From assembly GCA_003154855.1 (NCBI GenBank), contig PMEV01000105.1:10873-52347 (forward strand): a stretch of 41,475 nt of DNA, written 5' to 3'. Under the pieces are notes generated by a model. That model saw only the letters and a list, made by a program, of their open reading frames with translations, ran no database searches and was not told where the DNA came from. Origin of the DNA: Bryobacterales bacterium. GTDB lineage: Bacteria; Acidobacteriota; Terriglobia; Bryobacterales; Bryobacteraceae. Position numbers and translations under genes: made by a program. Below are positions 1 through 7,430 of the stretch, in pieces. How positions within the stretch are numbered: position 1 is the first letter of the stretch; every line of letters begins with the position of its first letter.

Positions 1-134
1 GGATGCATGGGGTCTACGTAGTAGAGGACGTGGCGCGCGGTACCAGTGGCATGCGAGCCCGAGTGGTACCGGCCCAGTCCATAGGCGGCGGCTATCGCCG
101 CCAGAGCCACGAGCGCAATCATCATCCGCCGCAT
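1..134 (-). CDS. Partial CDS (5' end only, continues off the left edge): N-terminus of a CusB-like RND efflux periplasmic adaptor
   Basis: Not in the ORF track because there is no stop in the window. Reverse-strand ATG at 134, with GGGAGGA (143-149) 8 nt upstream. Translates MRRMMIALVALAAIAAAYGLGRYHSGSHATGTARHVLYYVDPMH. This is a signal-anchor helix followed by YYxDPMHP, which resembles the conserved N-terminal metal-binding segment of CusB-type adaptors. Only 44 codons are visible. Confidence 0.4.
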   Translation of the reverse strand, partial: MRRMMIALVALAAIAAAYGLGRYHSGSHATGTARHVLYYVDPMH

Positions 135-196
135 TTGCCGAATCCTCCCTTTCCCTCGGTTTGCCGCCGGCCCGCCGCGAAGTCCACGCAGCGCGC

Positions 197-979
197 TCAG
201 CTCTCTTCCGATAACGCCGCCAGCGACTTGACGTCGCAGATGGTCACCGCTTCCCGGCCGGGCTTTACCATCCCCCGTACGGCCCACGCCGAAAGCAGGC
301 GGCTCACGGTGAATAATGTGGTTCCGGTCATCCCCGCCAGGTCCTCGCGCGAGAGGCTGATTTCGACCGCGCCATCCACCTCCCGGCCGATCGCATGGCG
401 CAGGCGCACGAGCTGGCGGGCGAGCCGCGGACCAACCCGTTCGGTAGCCACCTCGCGAAACCGTTCTTCGAGTTCCAGCAAGTCCTGGCTGAGAACCCGA
501 ACCAGGTTATGACGCATCACCGGAAAACGCTCCATCAAAGAGCGGAACGTGGGTGCGTCCCAGATCAGCGCGCGGCCCGCCTTGGCGGCTTGCGCCGTGG
601 TACCGTGCTTGCCGGTGGAAAGCAGGCCCAGCGCACCGATGATGTCTCCGGGGACAGCCAGCCGGAGGATCACCTCCGTACCCTTGGTCCCCAACTGGGT
701 GACTTTCACAACACCCGAGGTAAGCAGCAAGACCTGTTGTACAGGGTCGCCCTCGCGGTACAGCATGTCACCGCGGGAAAAGGTCTTGGAACGCGCGGCG
801 GCGTAGATCCTGGCGTAGTCTTCGGGCGAAATGCCGCAGAACATCGCGGGCCGCTCCCCAGGCGGACAGGCGTGGCAATCCTCGCTCTTGCGGTGGACAA
901 TACTCAGATGGTCGGCTCGATCGGACCGGCTATCGAGGGATTCCCAGCCGCGGCTCAGACTCGTCCTATTTCCTGACAT
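197..979 (-). CDS. Crp/Fnr-family transcriptional regulator
   Basis: cNMP-binding-type beta-barrel (FSRGDMLYREGDPVQQVLLLTSGVVKV...GDIIGALGLL) and C-terminal HTH (SREDLAGMTGTTLFTVSRLLSAW). The ORF track starts at 985. I prefer the ATG at 979 because GGAGA then sits 6 nt upstream; it abuts the 985 ATG. Confidence 0.85.
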   Translation of the reverse strand: MSGNRTSLSRGWESLDSRSDRADHLSIVHRKSEDCHACPPGERPAMFCGISPEDYARIYAAARSKTFSRGDMLYREGDPVQQVLLLTSGVVKVTQLGTKGTEVILRLAVPGDIIGALGLLSTGKHGTTAQAAKAGRALIWDAPTFRSLMERFPVMRHNLVRVLSQDLLELEERFREVATERVGPRLARQLVRLRHAIGREVDGAVEISLSREDLAGMTGTTLFTVSRLLSAWAVRGMVKPGREAVTICDVKSLAALSEES

Positions 980-1244
980 CGTCATTCTCCTATCGCTCGC
1001 ATTCCCAATTTCAGCTTCTTCTCGGCCGATGGTTGCGTCCGGCGGGCAAGCGCGGGCGCAGGCCTTCTGGTCCAGAGTCCGAACCGCGGCGGAATGGCTA
1101 GCCAGCGTAGGGAAAGCTCTCCCCGAAAGGTGGCGGCAGCGGCCCCAAATGCGGGATCGGCGAGAGCTAAGTCATTGAAACTACAACCACGGACAGTACC
1201 TAACATGCGATGGCCTCTCGGTGCGTTAATATTTTTTAACATAT

Positions 1245-1262
1245 CTTGCGGGCCAACGCAAG
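1245..1262. promoter_or_regulatory. Inverted repeat CTTGCG-GGCCAA-CGCAAG inside an AT-rich island (hairpin, or operator with TTGCG/CGCAA half-sites)
   Basis: Perfect 6-bp arms read directly. Flanked by the direct A/T tracts AATATTTTTTA (1228-1238) and AATATTTTTAT (1273-1283). Lies in the divergent crp/fnr - secretin intergenic region. Confidence 0.3.
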
Positions 1263-1463
1263 ACCTAAATTAAAATATTTTTATCTTTCGGTCTCCCTGC
1301 GGATTCGACCCCCGTGAAAAGGGTCTCTAGCACGGATCGCGCGGGGGTTCAAGACTCAAGTTCGTAAACTCTTTTTGGGCGGCCCCAGGGGGCGTCCGGG
1401 TTCAGGCCGGAATCCGGAACAGGGGCGGCGGCGGTGACTGGCAGTTTACCAATCTGAGCCTGG

Positions 1464-1477
1464 TTGCGCTAGCGCAA
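1464..1477 (+). promoter_or_regulatory. Candidate Crp/Fnr-family box TTGCG-CTAG-CGCAA (perfect 14-bp palindrome, TTG-N8-CAA core)
   Basis: Perfect palindrome read directly, centre at 1470.5. It lies 29.5 nt upstream of the first base of a TAGAAT hexamer. That matches class II (-41.5) geometry. It is 68 nt upstream of the secretin ATG, and a Crp/Fnr gene is adjacent and divergent. Confidence 0.5.
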
Positions 1478-1499
1478 ATAGCTGCTCGCATCCTTGGGG

Positions 1500-1505
1500 T
1501 AGAAT
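1500..1505 (+). promoter_or_regulatory. -10 hexamer TAGAAT of the predicted secretin promoter
   Basis: 5/6 match to TATAAT, 40 nt upstream of the ATG at 1545. There is no good -35, as expected for an activator-dependent class II promoter. Confidence 0.4.
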
Positions 1506-1544
1506 CCTGTAGAGACCAAAACTGGGTCCCTTGAGACTAGGACT

Positions 1545-3377
1545 ATGCGCATCCATAGATGGCTGATCGTACTCGTGGCCGTCGCGGCCTGGAGCCTGCC
1601 CGCATTCGCCGACAAGGGAAGTGCGGAGTACAAGCAGGGGGCTCGGGCGGAAAGCCAGATGAACTACGATTCGGCGTGCGCGCACTACAAACAGGCGACG
1701 ACGCTTAGCCCTAACAATCCGCAGTACTTCTCCGCCTATGCGCGGGTGCGCTTCGAGGCCTCAATGCGGCATGTGCATACCGGCCAACTCCTGCTCAACA
1801 CCGGCGCTCTGACGGATGCTCTGGCCGAATTCCAGCATGCCTCCGAGTTGGATACTTCGAGCTTCATCGCGCAGCAGGAGATGAGACGCACCGCCGATAT
1901 GCTCCGCAAGCAGGAGCGGCAACGGAGCTTGCCGCCGGCCCAGGCGCCCTCCGGGAAGCTGCCCGAAGGCGTGGGCGAGTCGCTCGAATTGCACGCGCTC
2001 TCGGATGCCGCCATCAGCCTGCACATGTCGGCGACGAGCACGGACGTAGTATACAGGACCATCGGGAAACTGGCCGGGCTGAATGTGCTGATCGATCCGG
2101 AGTACCGGCCGCAGAAGTTCAGCTTCGACCTTACCGACGTGACGTTACGCGAGGCGCTGGACTTGGTCCGGCTGCAGTCCAAGACGTTTTGGAAGCCCGT
2201 ATCCGCGAACACGATCTTCGTCACGGCGGACACGTCCTCGAAGCGCAAGGAGCTGGAGCAGAACGTCATGAAGACGTTCTACTTGCGGAATATCACCACG
2301 GCGAACGAACTGCAGGAAGCGGCCAACATGGTGCGGCAGATCCTGGATGTCAGCCGGGTGCAGCTCATGCAGGCGCAAGACGCGCTCATCCTGAGGGGCA
2401 CGCCGGACCAGATGGTGCTGGCCGAGAAACTGCTGGCGGACTACGACAAACCCAAGGCCGAGGTGATCATCGACGTCACGGTGATGCAGGTTGGCCGCGA
2501 CCGGCTTCGCAACCTGGGCACCACGGTGCCGACCTCTTTCAGCATGGGTTACCTGCCGGGCATTGGTAGCGTCAACAGCGGCAGCTCCAGCGGAGGCGGA
2601 GGATACACTGTGGGGATCGGGAATTTTGCGATTAGCATTCCGGGAGGGTCGTTCACCATGCTGGCCAGCGCCTCCGACTCGAAGATCCTCCAAAACCCCG
2701 AGATTCGAGCCTTGAACGACGAGAAGGCCACGTTGCGAATCGGCGATCGCGTGCCCATCGCGACCGGTTCGTTCTCGACGGGAGTAGTCGGCGCGGGCAG
2801 CGTCAGTCCGCTGGTGAGCACTCAGTTCCAGTACCTGGATGTGGGCGTGAATATCGATATTACTCCGCACATCCATTCGGATCGCGAAGTCACGCTCAAG
2901 ATGGTGTTGGAGATTTCCTCGGTCACCGGCTCGGAGACGATCGGCGGGATCACACAGCCGATTATTGGGCAGCGCCGGATCGAACATGAGACCCGGCTGG
3001 CCGATGGCGAGGTGAACCTGCTCGCCGGGATGCTGGAGGATACAGAGACCAAATCCCTGAGCGGCTATCCTTGGGTGAACAAGATACCGATTCTCAAGTA
3101 CTTGTTTGCGCAGGAGAACAAAGACCACCAGGAAAATGAGATCGTCTTCGCCATCACGCCACACATTGTGCGAGCTAAGGAAGTGACCGAGGAAAACCAG
3201 CGGATGATTGAGATCGGCACCGGCAGCTCGATCGAACTGCGCCGCAAGCCGCATTCCAACGATACCGCCAAGGCGCTGCCGCCGGATAAGGCGTCCGCCC
3301 CCGGCGCACCCGTGACTGCGCCGGCCTCGACCGTGCCGGTGCAGACCAACCCGGCCAACCCGGATCCGGCGAAGTAG
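1545..3377 (+). CDS. Secretin (type II/III secretion system / pilus secretin family) with N-terminal TPR-like region
   Basis: Signal peptide MRIHRWLIVLVAVAAWSLPAFA. Secretin C-domain motifs are present: NPEIRALNDEKATLRIGDRVPIATGSF and SGYPWVNKIPILKYLFAQENKDHQENEIVFAITPHIV. Pro/Ala-rich C-terminal tail. No other secretion-system genes are nearby. Confidence 0.85.
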   Translation: MRIHRWLIVLVAVAAWSLPAFADKGSAEYKQGARAESQMNYDSACAHYKQATTLSPNNPQYFSAYARVRFEASMRHVHTGQLLLNTGALTDALAEFQHASELDTSSFIAQQEMRRTADMLRKQERQRSLPPAQAPSGKLPEGVGESLELHALSDAAISLHMSATSTDVVYRTIGKLAGLNVLIDPEYRPQKFSFDLTDVTLREALDLVRLQSKTFWKPVSANTIFVTADTSSKRKELEQNVMKTFYLRNITTANELQEAANMVRQILDVSRVQLMQAQDALILRGTPDQMVLAEKLLADYDKPKAEVIIDVTVMQVGRDRLRNLGTTVPTSFSMGYLPGIGSVNSGSSSGGGGYTVGIGNFAISIPGGSFTMLASASDSKILQNPEIRALNDEKATLRIGDRVPIATGSFSTGVVGAGSVSPLVSTQFQYLDVGVNIDITPHIHSDREVTLKMVLEISSVTGSETIGGITQPIIGQRRIEHETRLADGEVNLLAGMLEDTETKSLSGYPWVNKIPILKYLFAQENKDHQENEIVFAITPHIVRAKEVTEENQRMIEIGTGSSIELRRKPHSNDTAKALPPDKASAPGAPVTAPASTVPVQTNPANPDPAK

Positions 3378-3399
3378 GTCCCGGCGCCGCTCCAGACTG

Positions 3400-3418
3400 C
3401 CTCTCGGAAGCGAGGTTT
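3400..3418 (+). terminator. Weak hairpin plus TTT downstream of the secretin gene
   Basis: CCTCTCGGAAGCGAGG followed by TTT, 23 nt after the stop. The stem is imperfect (4 bp, a mismatch, then 1 bp). Confidence 0.2.
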
Positions 3419-3426
3419 GGCCTGGA

Positions 3427-3673
3427 CCACGAGGGGTGACGATCCGCTCGGTCCGGGTCCTGTTCGGGATGCCGCGCCAGAAGACCTGGATCGCGATCGG
3501 GCCAGGACTCAGCAACCGCGAGCGCCGAGCAGCCCCCTGGGAATCCTAAATAGCGCGGGCGAAGCCGGGGAGGATCTTGCGGCGGGAGGCGGGGAAAGCC
3601 CCCAGGCCGGTCCCGGAACTCCCAGGCCGCCCCGGATTCGAAGGCGGAGACGACGCTCGGTTCCCGACGGCGA
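3427..3673. repeat. Direct repeat, copy 1 (247 bp)
   Basis: Hand alignment to 3701-3947 at a constant 274-nt offset gives 10 mismatches and no indels. The spurious ORFs 2145..3515 and 3175..3789 share the identical N-terminus MLSPGPIAIQVFWRGIPNRTR because of this repeat. Confidence 0.9.
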
Positions 3674-3700
3674 AGCTTGGCCGGGGCGACTGGCGCCGCT

Positions 3701-3947
3701 CCATGATGGGTGACGATCCGCCTGGCTCGGGTCCTGTTCGGGATGCCGCGCCAGAAGACCTGGATCGCGATCGGGCCAGGACTCAGCAACCGCGAGCGCC
3801 GAGCAGCCCCCTGGGAATCCTAAATAGCGCGGGCGAAGCCGGGGAGGATCTTGCGGCGGGAGGCGGGGAAAGCCCCCGGGCCGGTCCCGGAACTCCCAGG
3901 CCGGCCCGGATTCGAAGGCAGAGACGACGCTCAGTTCCCGACGGCGA
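3701..3947. repeat. Direct repeat, copy 2 (247 bp); its last 17 nt overlap the 3' end of CDS 3931..5448
   Basis: Same alignment as copy 1. The repeat boundary (..TTCCCGACGGCGA) lies inside the final codons (AVGN-stop) of the minus-strand gene. Confidence 0.9.
3876..3909 (-). terminator. GC-rich hairpin 21 nt downstream of CDS 3931..5448 (candidate intrinsic terminator)
   Basis: CCGGGCCGG (3876-3884) and CCGGCCCGG (3901-3909) form a perfect 9-bp stem with a 16-nt loop. Only a short UUU follows on the minus strand. The equivalent stem in repeat copy 1 carries 2 mismatches. Confidence 0.35.
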
Positions 3948-5448
3948 CGTAGAGCGTTTGCGTGCCGCTGACACCATCCAGAGAGAAGGTCAGCGGTACG
4001 AGATCGCTGGCGGCGACGTTGGGCACTACGACGTTGAATTCGTACAGCCCCACGGATTGGGGCGCCAGCCCGGAGTAAGGCATGGTCGCGGGCACGCCGG
4101 CGAACGAAACCACCAAGGAGGCCACCAGCGTATTGCTCTGCTGAACGATCTGGCCCGAGGGACTGGGCGGCGTCACGGGGCCGAATCCGACCCCGTAGAG
4201 CGTCAAGACGTCGCCGGGCACGGCGCGCCGCGACGCGACGGCGGGAACCGCTCCCGGCGGAAGGGCGAAGGTCGCTCCATCGGAGAACAGCGCGCCGGCG
4301 TACTGCATTCCACCAACCACCAGCGAGGCTGGGGCCAGCAGTCCCGGCTCCTTAGCATTCACCGTAACGCTATAGGCCGGGCTCGAGCCGGCGGGAGTCG
4401 TGACGATAACATCCTGCGGCCCCGGCTGGATATCCGGCACCTGCGCGTTCACCTGGTTAGGGCTGATATAGGAGATGTACGCGGCCTGCCCGCCGATGGT
4501 GACGCTGGTGCCTTCCAGCGACGTGGGCGCATTCACGCCCTGAAAATCGGAGGCCGCCCAGGAGCGGGTGAGCATGGCCAGGTTCACTCCGTGGATCTCG
4601 ACGAAGGCACCTGGCGCGGTGGACGTGAACTGGCCGAACTCACTGGCGCTGACGACACCGCCCGTCTGGATCGAAGGAAGCGTCACGGTAGGTCCAATGA
4701 CCTGAGTCACGATTTGCGATGTGCTGGGCCCGTAGATGCTGTCGCCGGAATAAACCGCCTGTACGGCGTACGCGCCCGCGGCCAGCGAGGACGTCTGCAT
4801 GGACGCGCCCGTGACCAGGTGGACGCCACTCCCGGTGGTCTGCACGATGCCAATCCCCAGCACGTGTCCGGTGCTCGTGTCCGAGAAGGTGGCGGTTCCC
4901 GAAGGGTTAGAGCCGTTCGTCGGAACAGAAGTGACTTGCACGCTGAAGACAACGGTTTGTCCGACGTCGGTCGGGTTCGGGGAGGAACCCAGGCTCAATT
5001 GGGTCGGGGTGAATTGGCCGAGGACGGTCTCGACCAGTGTCGCGGATAAGCCGGGCGAGTAGTTGGCATCGCCGCCGTAGGACGCCACCAGCAGATTCTG
5101 TCCGGTGCAAGGGAACGAGAACAGGTCCAGGGTCCCGGCGCCCGGGGAGGCCGAGGTGGCCGAACCCAGCGTGATCGTGCCCAGAGTCGCGACCGTGGGA
5201 TCGCTCGCACCGGAACACTGTACCGTGTCGATTACCGTGATTGTACCGGTAGCCGCCGGACCCGCAGTCCAATTGACACCGGCGGTAATCGTGTCTTTCT
5301 CCCCCTGGACTGTCATGGACGCCGTCGAGAGCAGCCGAACCACACCGCTCACCTGGGCGTACGCGGGACGCCCGCCGGCGACCAAAACGAGCAGACAAGC
5401 CAAGGGCGCGAATCGGCTCGCGCGTGTGCCACAAATCTGGAAACTCAT
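3931..5448 (-). CDS. Secreted Ig-like-repeat protein with IPT-like module and TIGR03437-type (Solibacter uncharacterized C-terminal) domain
   Basis: Signal peptide ending AYAQ. Two Ig-repeat signatures (ASYGGDANYSPGLS, AVYSGDSIYGPSTS). C-terminal region PGDVLTLYGVGFGPV...VSFAGVPATMPYSGLAPQSVGLYEFNVVVP matches my memory of the TIGR03437 pattern. GGGAGGTG lies 5 nt upstream of the ATG. Confidence 0.8.
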   Translation of the reverse strand: MSFQICGTRASRFAPLACLLVLVAGGRPAYAQVSGVVRLLSTASMTVQGEKDTITAGVNWTAGPAATGTITVIDTVQCSGASDPTVATLGTITLGSATSASPGAGTLDLFSFPCTGQNLLVASYGGDANYSPGLSATLVETVLGQFTPTQLSLGSSPNPTDVGQTVVFSVQVTSVPTNGSNPSGTATFSDTSTGHVLGIGIVQTTGSGVHLVTGASMQTSSLAAGAYAVQAVYSGDSIYGPSTSQIVTQVIGPTVTLPSIQTGGVVSASEFGQFTSTAPGAFVEIHGVNLAMLTRSWAASDFQGVNAPTSLEGTSVTIGGQAAYISYISPNQVNAQVPDIQPGPQDVIVTTPAGSSPAYSVTVNAKEPGLLAPASLVVGGMQYAGALFSDGATFALPPGAVPAVASRRAVPGDVLTLYGVGFGPVTPPSPSGQIVQQSNTLVASLVVSFAGVPATMPYSGLAPQSVGLYEFNVVVPNVAASDLVPLTFSLDGVSGTQTLYVAVGN

Positions 5449-5603
5449 CCCACACCTCCCGTCTGAGTCGATACGTACTACCGGGCTTCACGGGCGTATG
5501 CATCCCAGCGCCCAGAAGCACCCTGCTGCCGCCAGCCCCTCACGTTAAGCCAATCGGTGCCGCCGTCGCCGGTTGCGACGGGCTATCACGCTCGCTGGAA
5601 TTG

Positions 5604-5631
5604 GAAGGCGGTTCCCCAGTGCCCCGCCTTC
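5604..5631 (-). terminator. Hairpin about 30 nt downstream of the PEP-CTERM gene
   Basis: GAAGGCGG (5604-5611) and CCGCCTTC (5624-5631) form a perfect 8-bp stem with a 12-nt loop. On the minus strand it is followed by CAAUUCC, a weak U tract. Confidence 0.35.
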
Positions 5632-5660
5632 TCCCAAGCGCGATTACAAACTCGTCCTAG

Positions 5661-6311
5661 CTATGACTGCCGAACTCCAAACCGCCGCTTCCTCGACAGC
5701 CACCCAAGTCCAACCAGGGCGCTGCCCAACAACGCGAGCGTGCCCGGCTCCGGAACCACGGCGGCGCCCACGTCCAGATTCCGAATCGTCGGATAACCGG
5801 TGTTGTTCGAAAAGACCTCCAGGTTGGTGAAAGCCTGACCAAAATCCACAAAGCCGACAAAAGGAATCCCCGTCGTGTCGGTGAAAGTCACGAGGGTGAA
5901 ATCGAGACCGTTATCGACCGATACGCCAACCGTGAGCGGGCCGGAGCTGTCGCTGAAGAAATTGCCTCCGACTGCATTCGGCAGGAGCAATCCCGAAAAC
6001 GTCAGCATGAGTACGTCGTTGAAGGCTTCGGTCGAGAGACCCTCGTCGCCGTACAACCCACTGGTGGGGTCGACGGTGGCGGCGCTGTAAGCGAACTGGC
6101 TCCCCGGCGAACCGCAAAACGAAACGTTATTCCCCAATGGCCCTTCAGGCAGCGTAGTGAAATCCTGCGCGCAATCGCCGGGCATCACTTGGGACGCGAA
6201 CGCTGCCGGATCGAAGTACACGGAAATTCCCGCTCGAGCCGTGGTCGGGATCGAGAAGGCGATGAAGCACGCCACCAAAAGAGCCAAAACCGCACTGCGT
6301 CTACGGGTCAT
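5661..6311 (-). CDS. PEP-CTERM sorting-domain protein
   Basis: The C-terminus VPEPGTLALLGSALVGLGWLSRKRR is a PEP motif, a TM helix and a basic cluster. I moved the start to the internal ATG at 6311 (MTRRRSAVLALLVACFIAFSIPTTARA, a signal peptide), which has GGAGG 8 nt upstream. The ORF track extends to 6482. Confidence 0.8.
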   Translation of the reverse strand: MTRRRSAVLALLVACFIAFSIPTTARAGISVYFDPAAFASQVMPGDCAQDFTTLPEGPLGNNVSFCGSPGSQFAYSAATVDPTSGLYGDEGLSTEAFNDVLMLTFSGLLLPNAVGGNFFSDSSGPLTVGVSVDNGLDFTLVTFTDTTGIPFVGFVDFGQAFTNLEVFSNNTGYPTIRNLDVGAAVVPEPGTLALLGSALVGLGWLSRKRRFGVRQS

Positions 6312-6460
6312 CTTGATATCCTCCAGTATTCCTAAGTATCTCTTAATCGGTCCTTGCCACGGCCCCACTCTGTCCTTCGCGGGAGACGCCGACCGGGCTG
6401 GCTCTCCCAACGCGCACACCTCCTCAGGCGTGCCACAATACCGCATTCGATTGTGAAGCA

Positions 6461-6489
6461 ACTTTAACACAGTCGTCGGCACCCGTCAA
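6461..6489 (-). promoter_or_regulatory. Sigma70-like promoter candidate for the PEP-CTERM gene
   Basis: Minus strand reads TTGACG (6489-6484), a 17-nt spacer, then TAAAGT (6466-6461). This implies a leader of about 140 nt. Sequence match only. Confidence 0.25.
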
Positions 6490-6493
6490 TACC

Positions 6494-7384
6494 CTATCTG
6501 GCGTTCGATGCGACCTCGGCCTGCGGCTTCGAGAACCGCGCCTCGTCCAGCTTGGGATTGACCACCACCTTGTTGATGATGGCTCTTTCCATGGGAACGG
6601 GAGGGTCCTTGAGCCCCAGAGCCGTCGTGCCGACGGAGAGAACTTTGGTCTCCAGAAGGTATGGAATTTGCAGGCCGGCTACCGTGCGGAAATCGCGGAA
6701 GTAGACTTCCACGGGATGGTCGACACCATCCAGGCGCCGAGGCTGCCCCTCGATCTTGGTCTCCAGGAAAGTCTGCGCGTCGATCCAGACGTGAATCGCC
6801 TGCCCGCTCTTCATCGTCAGTTTGAGCTTATAGGCATCGCGATCCTCGACCTTCTCCGTCCCCGCCAGCTCGATCCGTGTGCCCTTGGCTGCATAATCGA
6901 CCAGGGGGCCATCCAGGTCCGCCTGAGTGGAGGCAATCCGCAGCTCCTCCGCGGTATAGGGCTCGACGACGCGCCGATTGAGGAACGGCCTCAGCTTCCA
7001 GCCGCTCGAGCCGTCGTACACCTGAATCGCGGTCTGGCCTGCGAATTCCAGTTCCATACGCATCTTGCGAGGGCGCATCAGCTCCATCGCAAAAGGCAGT
7101 TGAACCTCCTCTGCCGGACGCGCAGGGAGCGCGAGTTGGCCAAGCTTCCGGCCACCCGGAACAGGCACCGGGAGGGCAGCCCGCTGATTCCCGCCTGCTC
7201 CCAGCTTGCCCGAAAACGACATGCTCTGGACCGCACGCCAGGCCTGCAAGCCGCCGCGGGCCTCTATGTTGCGGTTCACAATATCGGCCGCGGAGAGGCC
7301 TGGCCCGGACGAGGGGGCCTCCGCCGCGCCGAGGGAGATGGCAAATGCCAGAAGAGAGCAACTACCCAGTGACCATCGATTCAT
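6494..7384 (-). CDS. Secreted hypothetical protein, possibly LolA-like / outer-membrane lipoprotein-sorting fold
   Basis: Signal peptide MNRWSLGSCSLLAFAISLGAAEA. The N-terminal ADIVNRNIEARGGLQAWRAVQSMSFSGKL resembles LolA-like sorting-family proteins (weak call). Start set at ATG 7384, with GGAGGA 7 nt upstream. The track start at 7399 is a TTG. Confidence 0.6.
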   Translation of the reverse strand: MNRWSLGSCSLLAFAISLGAAEAPSSGPGLSAADIVNRNIEARGGLQAWRAVQSMSFSGKLGAGGNQRAALPVPVPGGRKLGQLALPARPAEEVQLPFAMELMRPRKMRMELEFAGQTAIQVYDGSSGWKLRPFLNRRVVEPYTAEELRIASTQADLDGPLVDYAAKGTRIELAGTEKVEDRDAYKLKLTMKSGQAIHVWIDAQTFLETKIEGQPRRLDGVDHPVEVYFRDFRTVAGLQIPYLLETKVLSVGTTALGLKDPPVPMERAIINKVVVNPKLDEARFSKPQAEVASNAR

Positions 7385-7430
7385 GTGTGCGTCCTCCAAG
7401 ACGGATTTTGGTGCCGGCAGAAGGCCAGCG

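Noticed and set aside
1290-1350. tRNA-like strings GGATTCGACCCC and GGGGGTTCAAGACTC, reminiscent of T-arm GGTTCGAATCC. A possible tRNA, tmRNA fragment or att site.
   Set aside because: I could not fold a cloverleaf or acceptor stem around them, and there is no CCA or anticodon-arm context. Most likely coincidental.
2145-3789. Minus-strand ORFs 2145..3515 and 3175..3789, which share the N-terminus MLSPGPIAIQVFWRGIPNRTR.
   Set aside because: The shared start is simply the 247-bp direct repeat read in one frame. The downstream parts are antisense to the secretin gene or lie in intergenic DNA and have shadow-like composition.
3427-3947. The tandem 247-bp repeats as a CRISPR array, MITE or IS remnant.
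   Set aside because: There are only two long units with one 27-nt gap. There are no short repeat/spacer periodicity, terminal inverted repeats, target-site duplication, or nearby cas or transposase genes. Kept as a plain tandem duplication.
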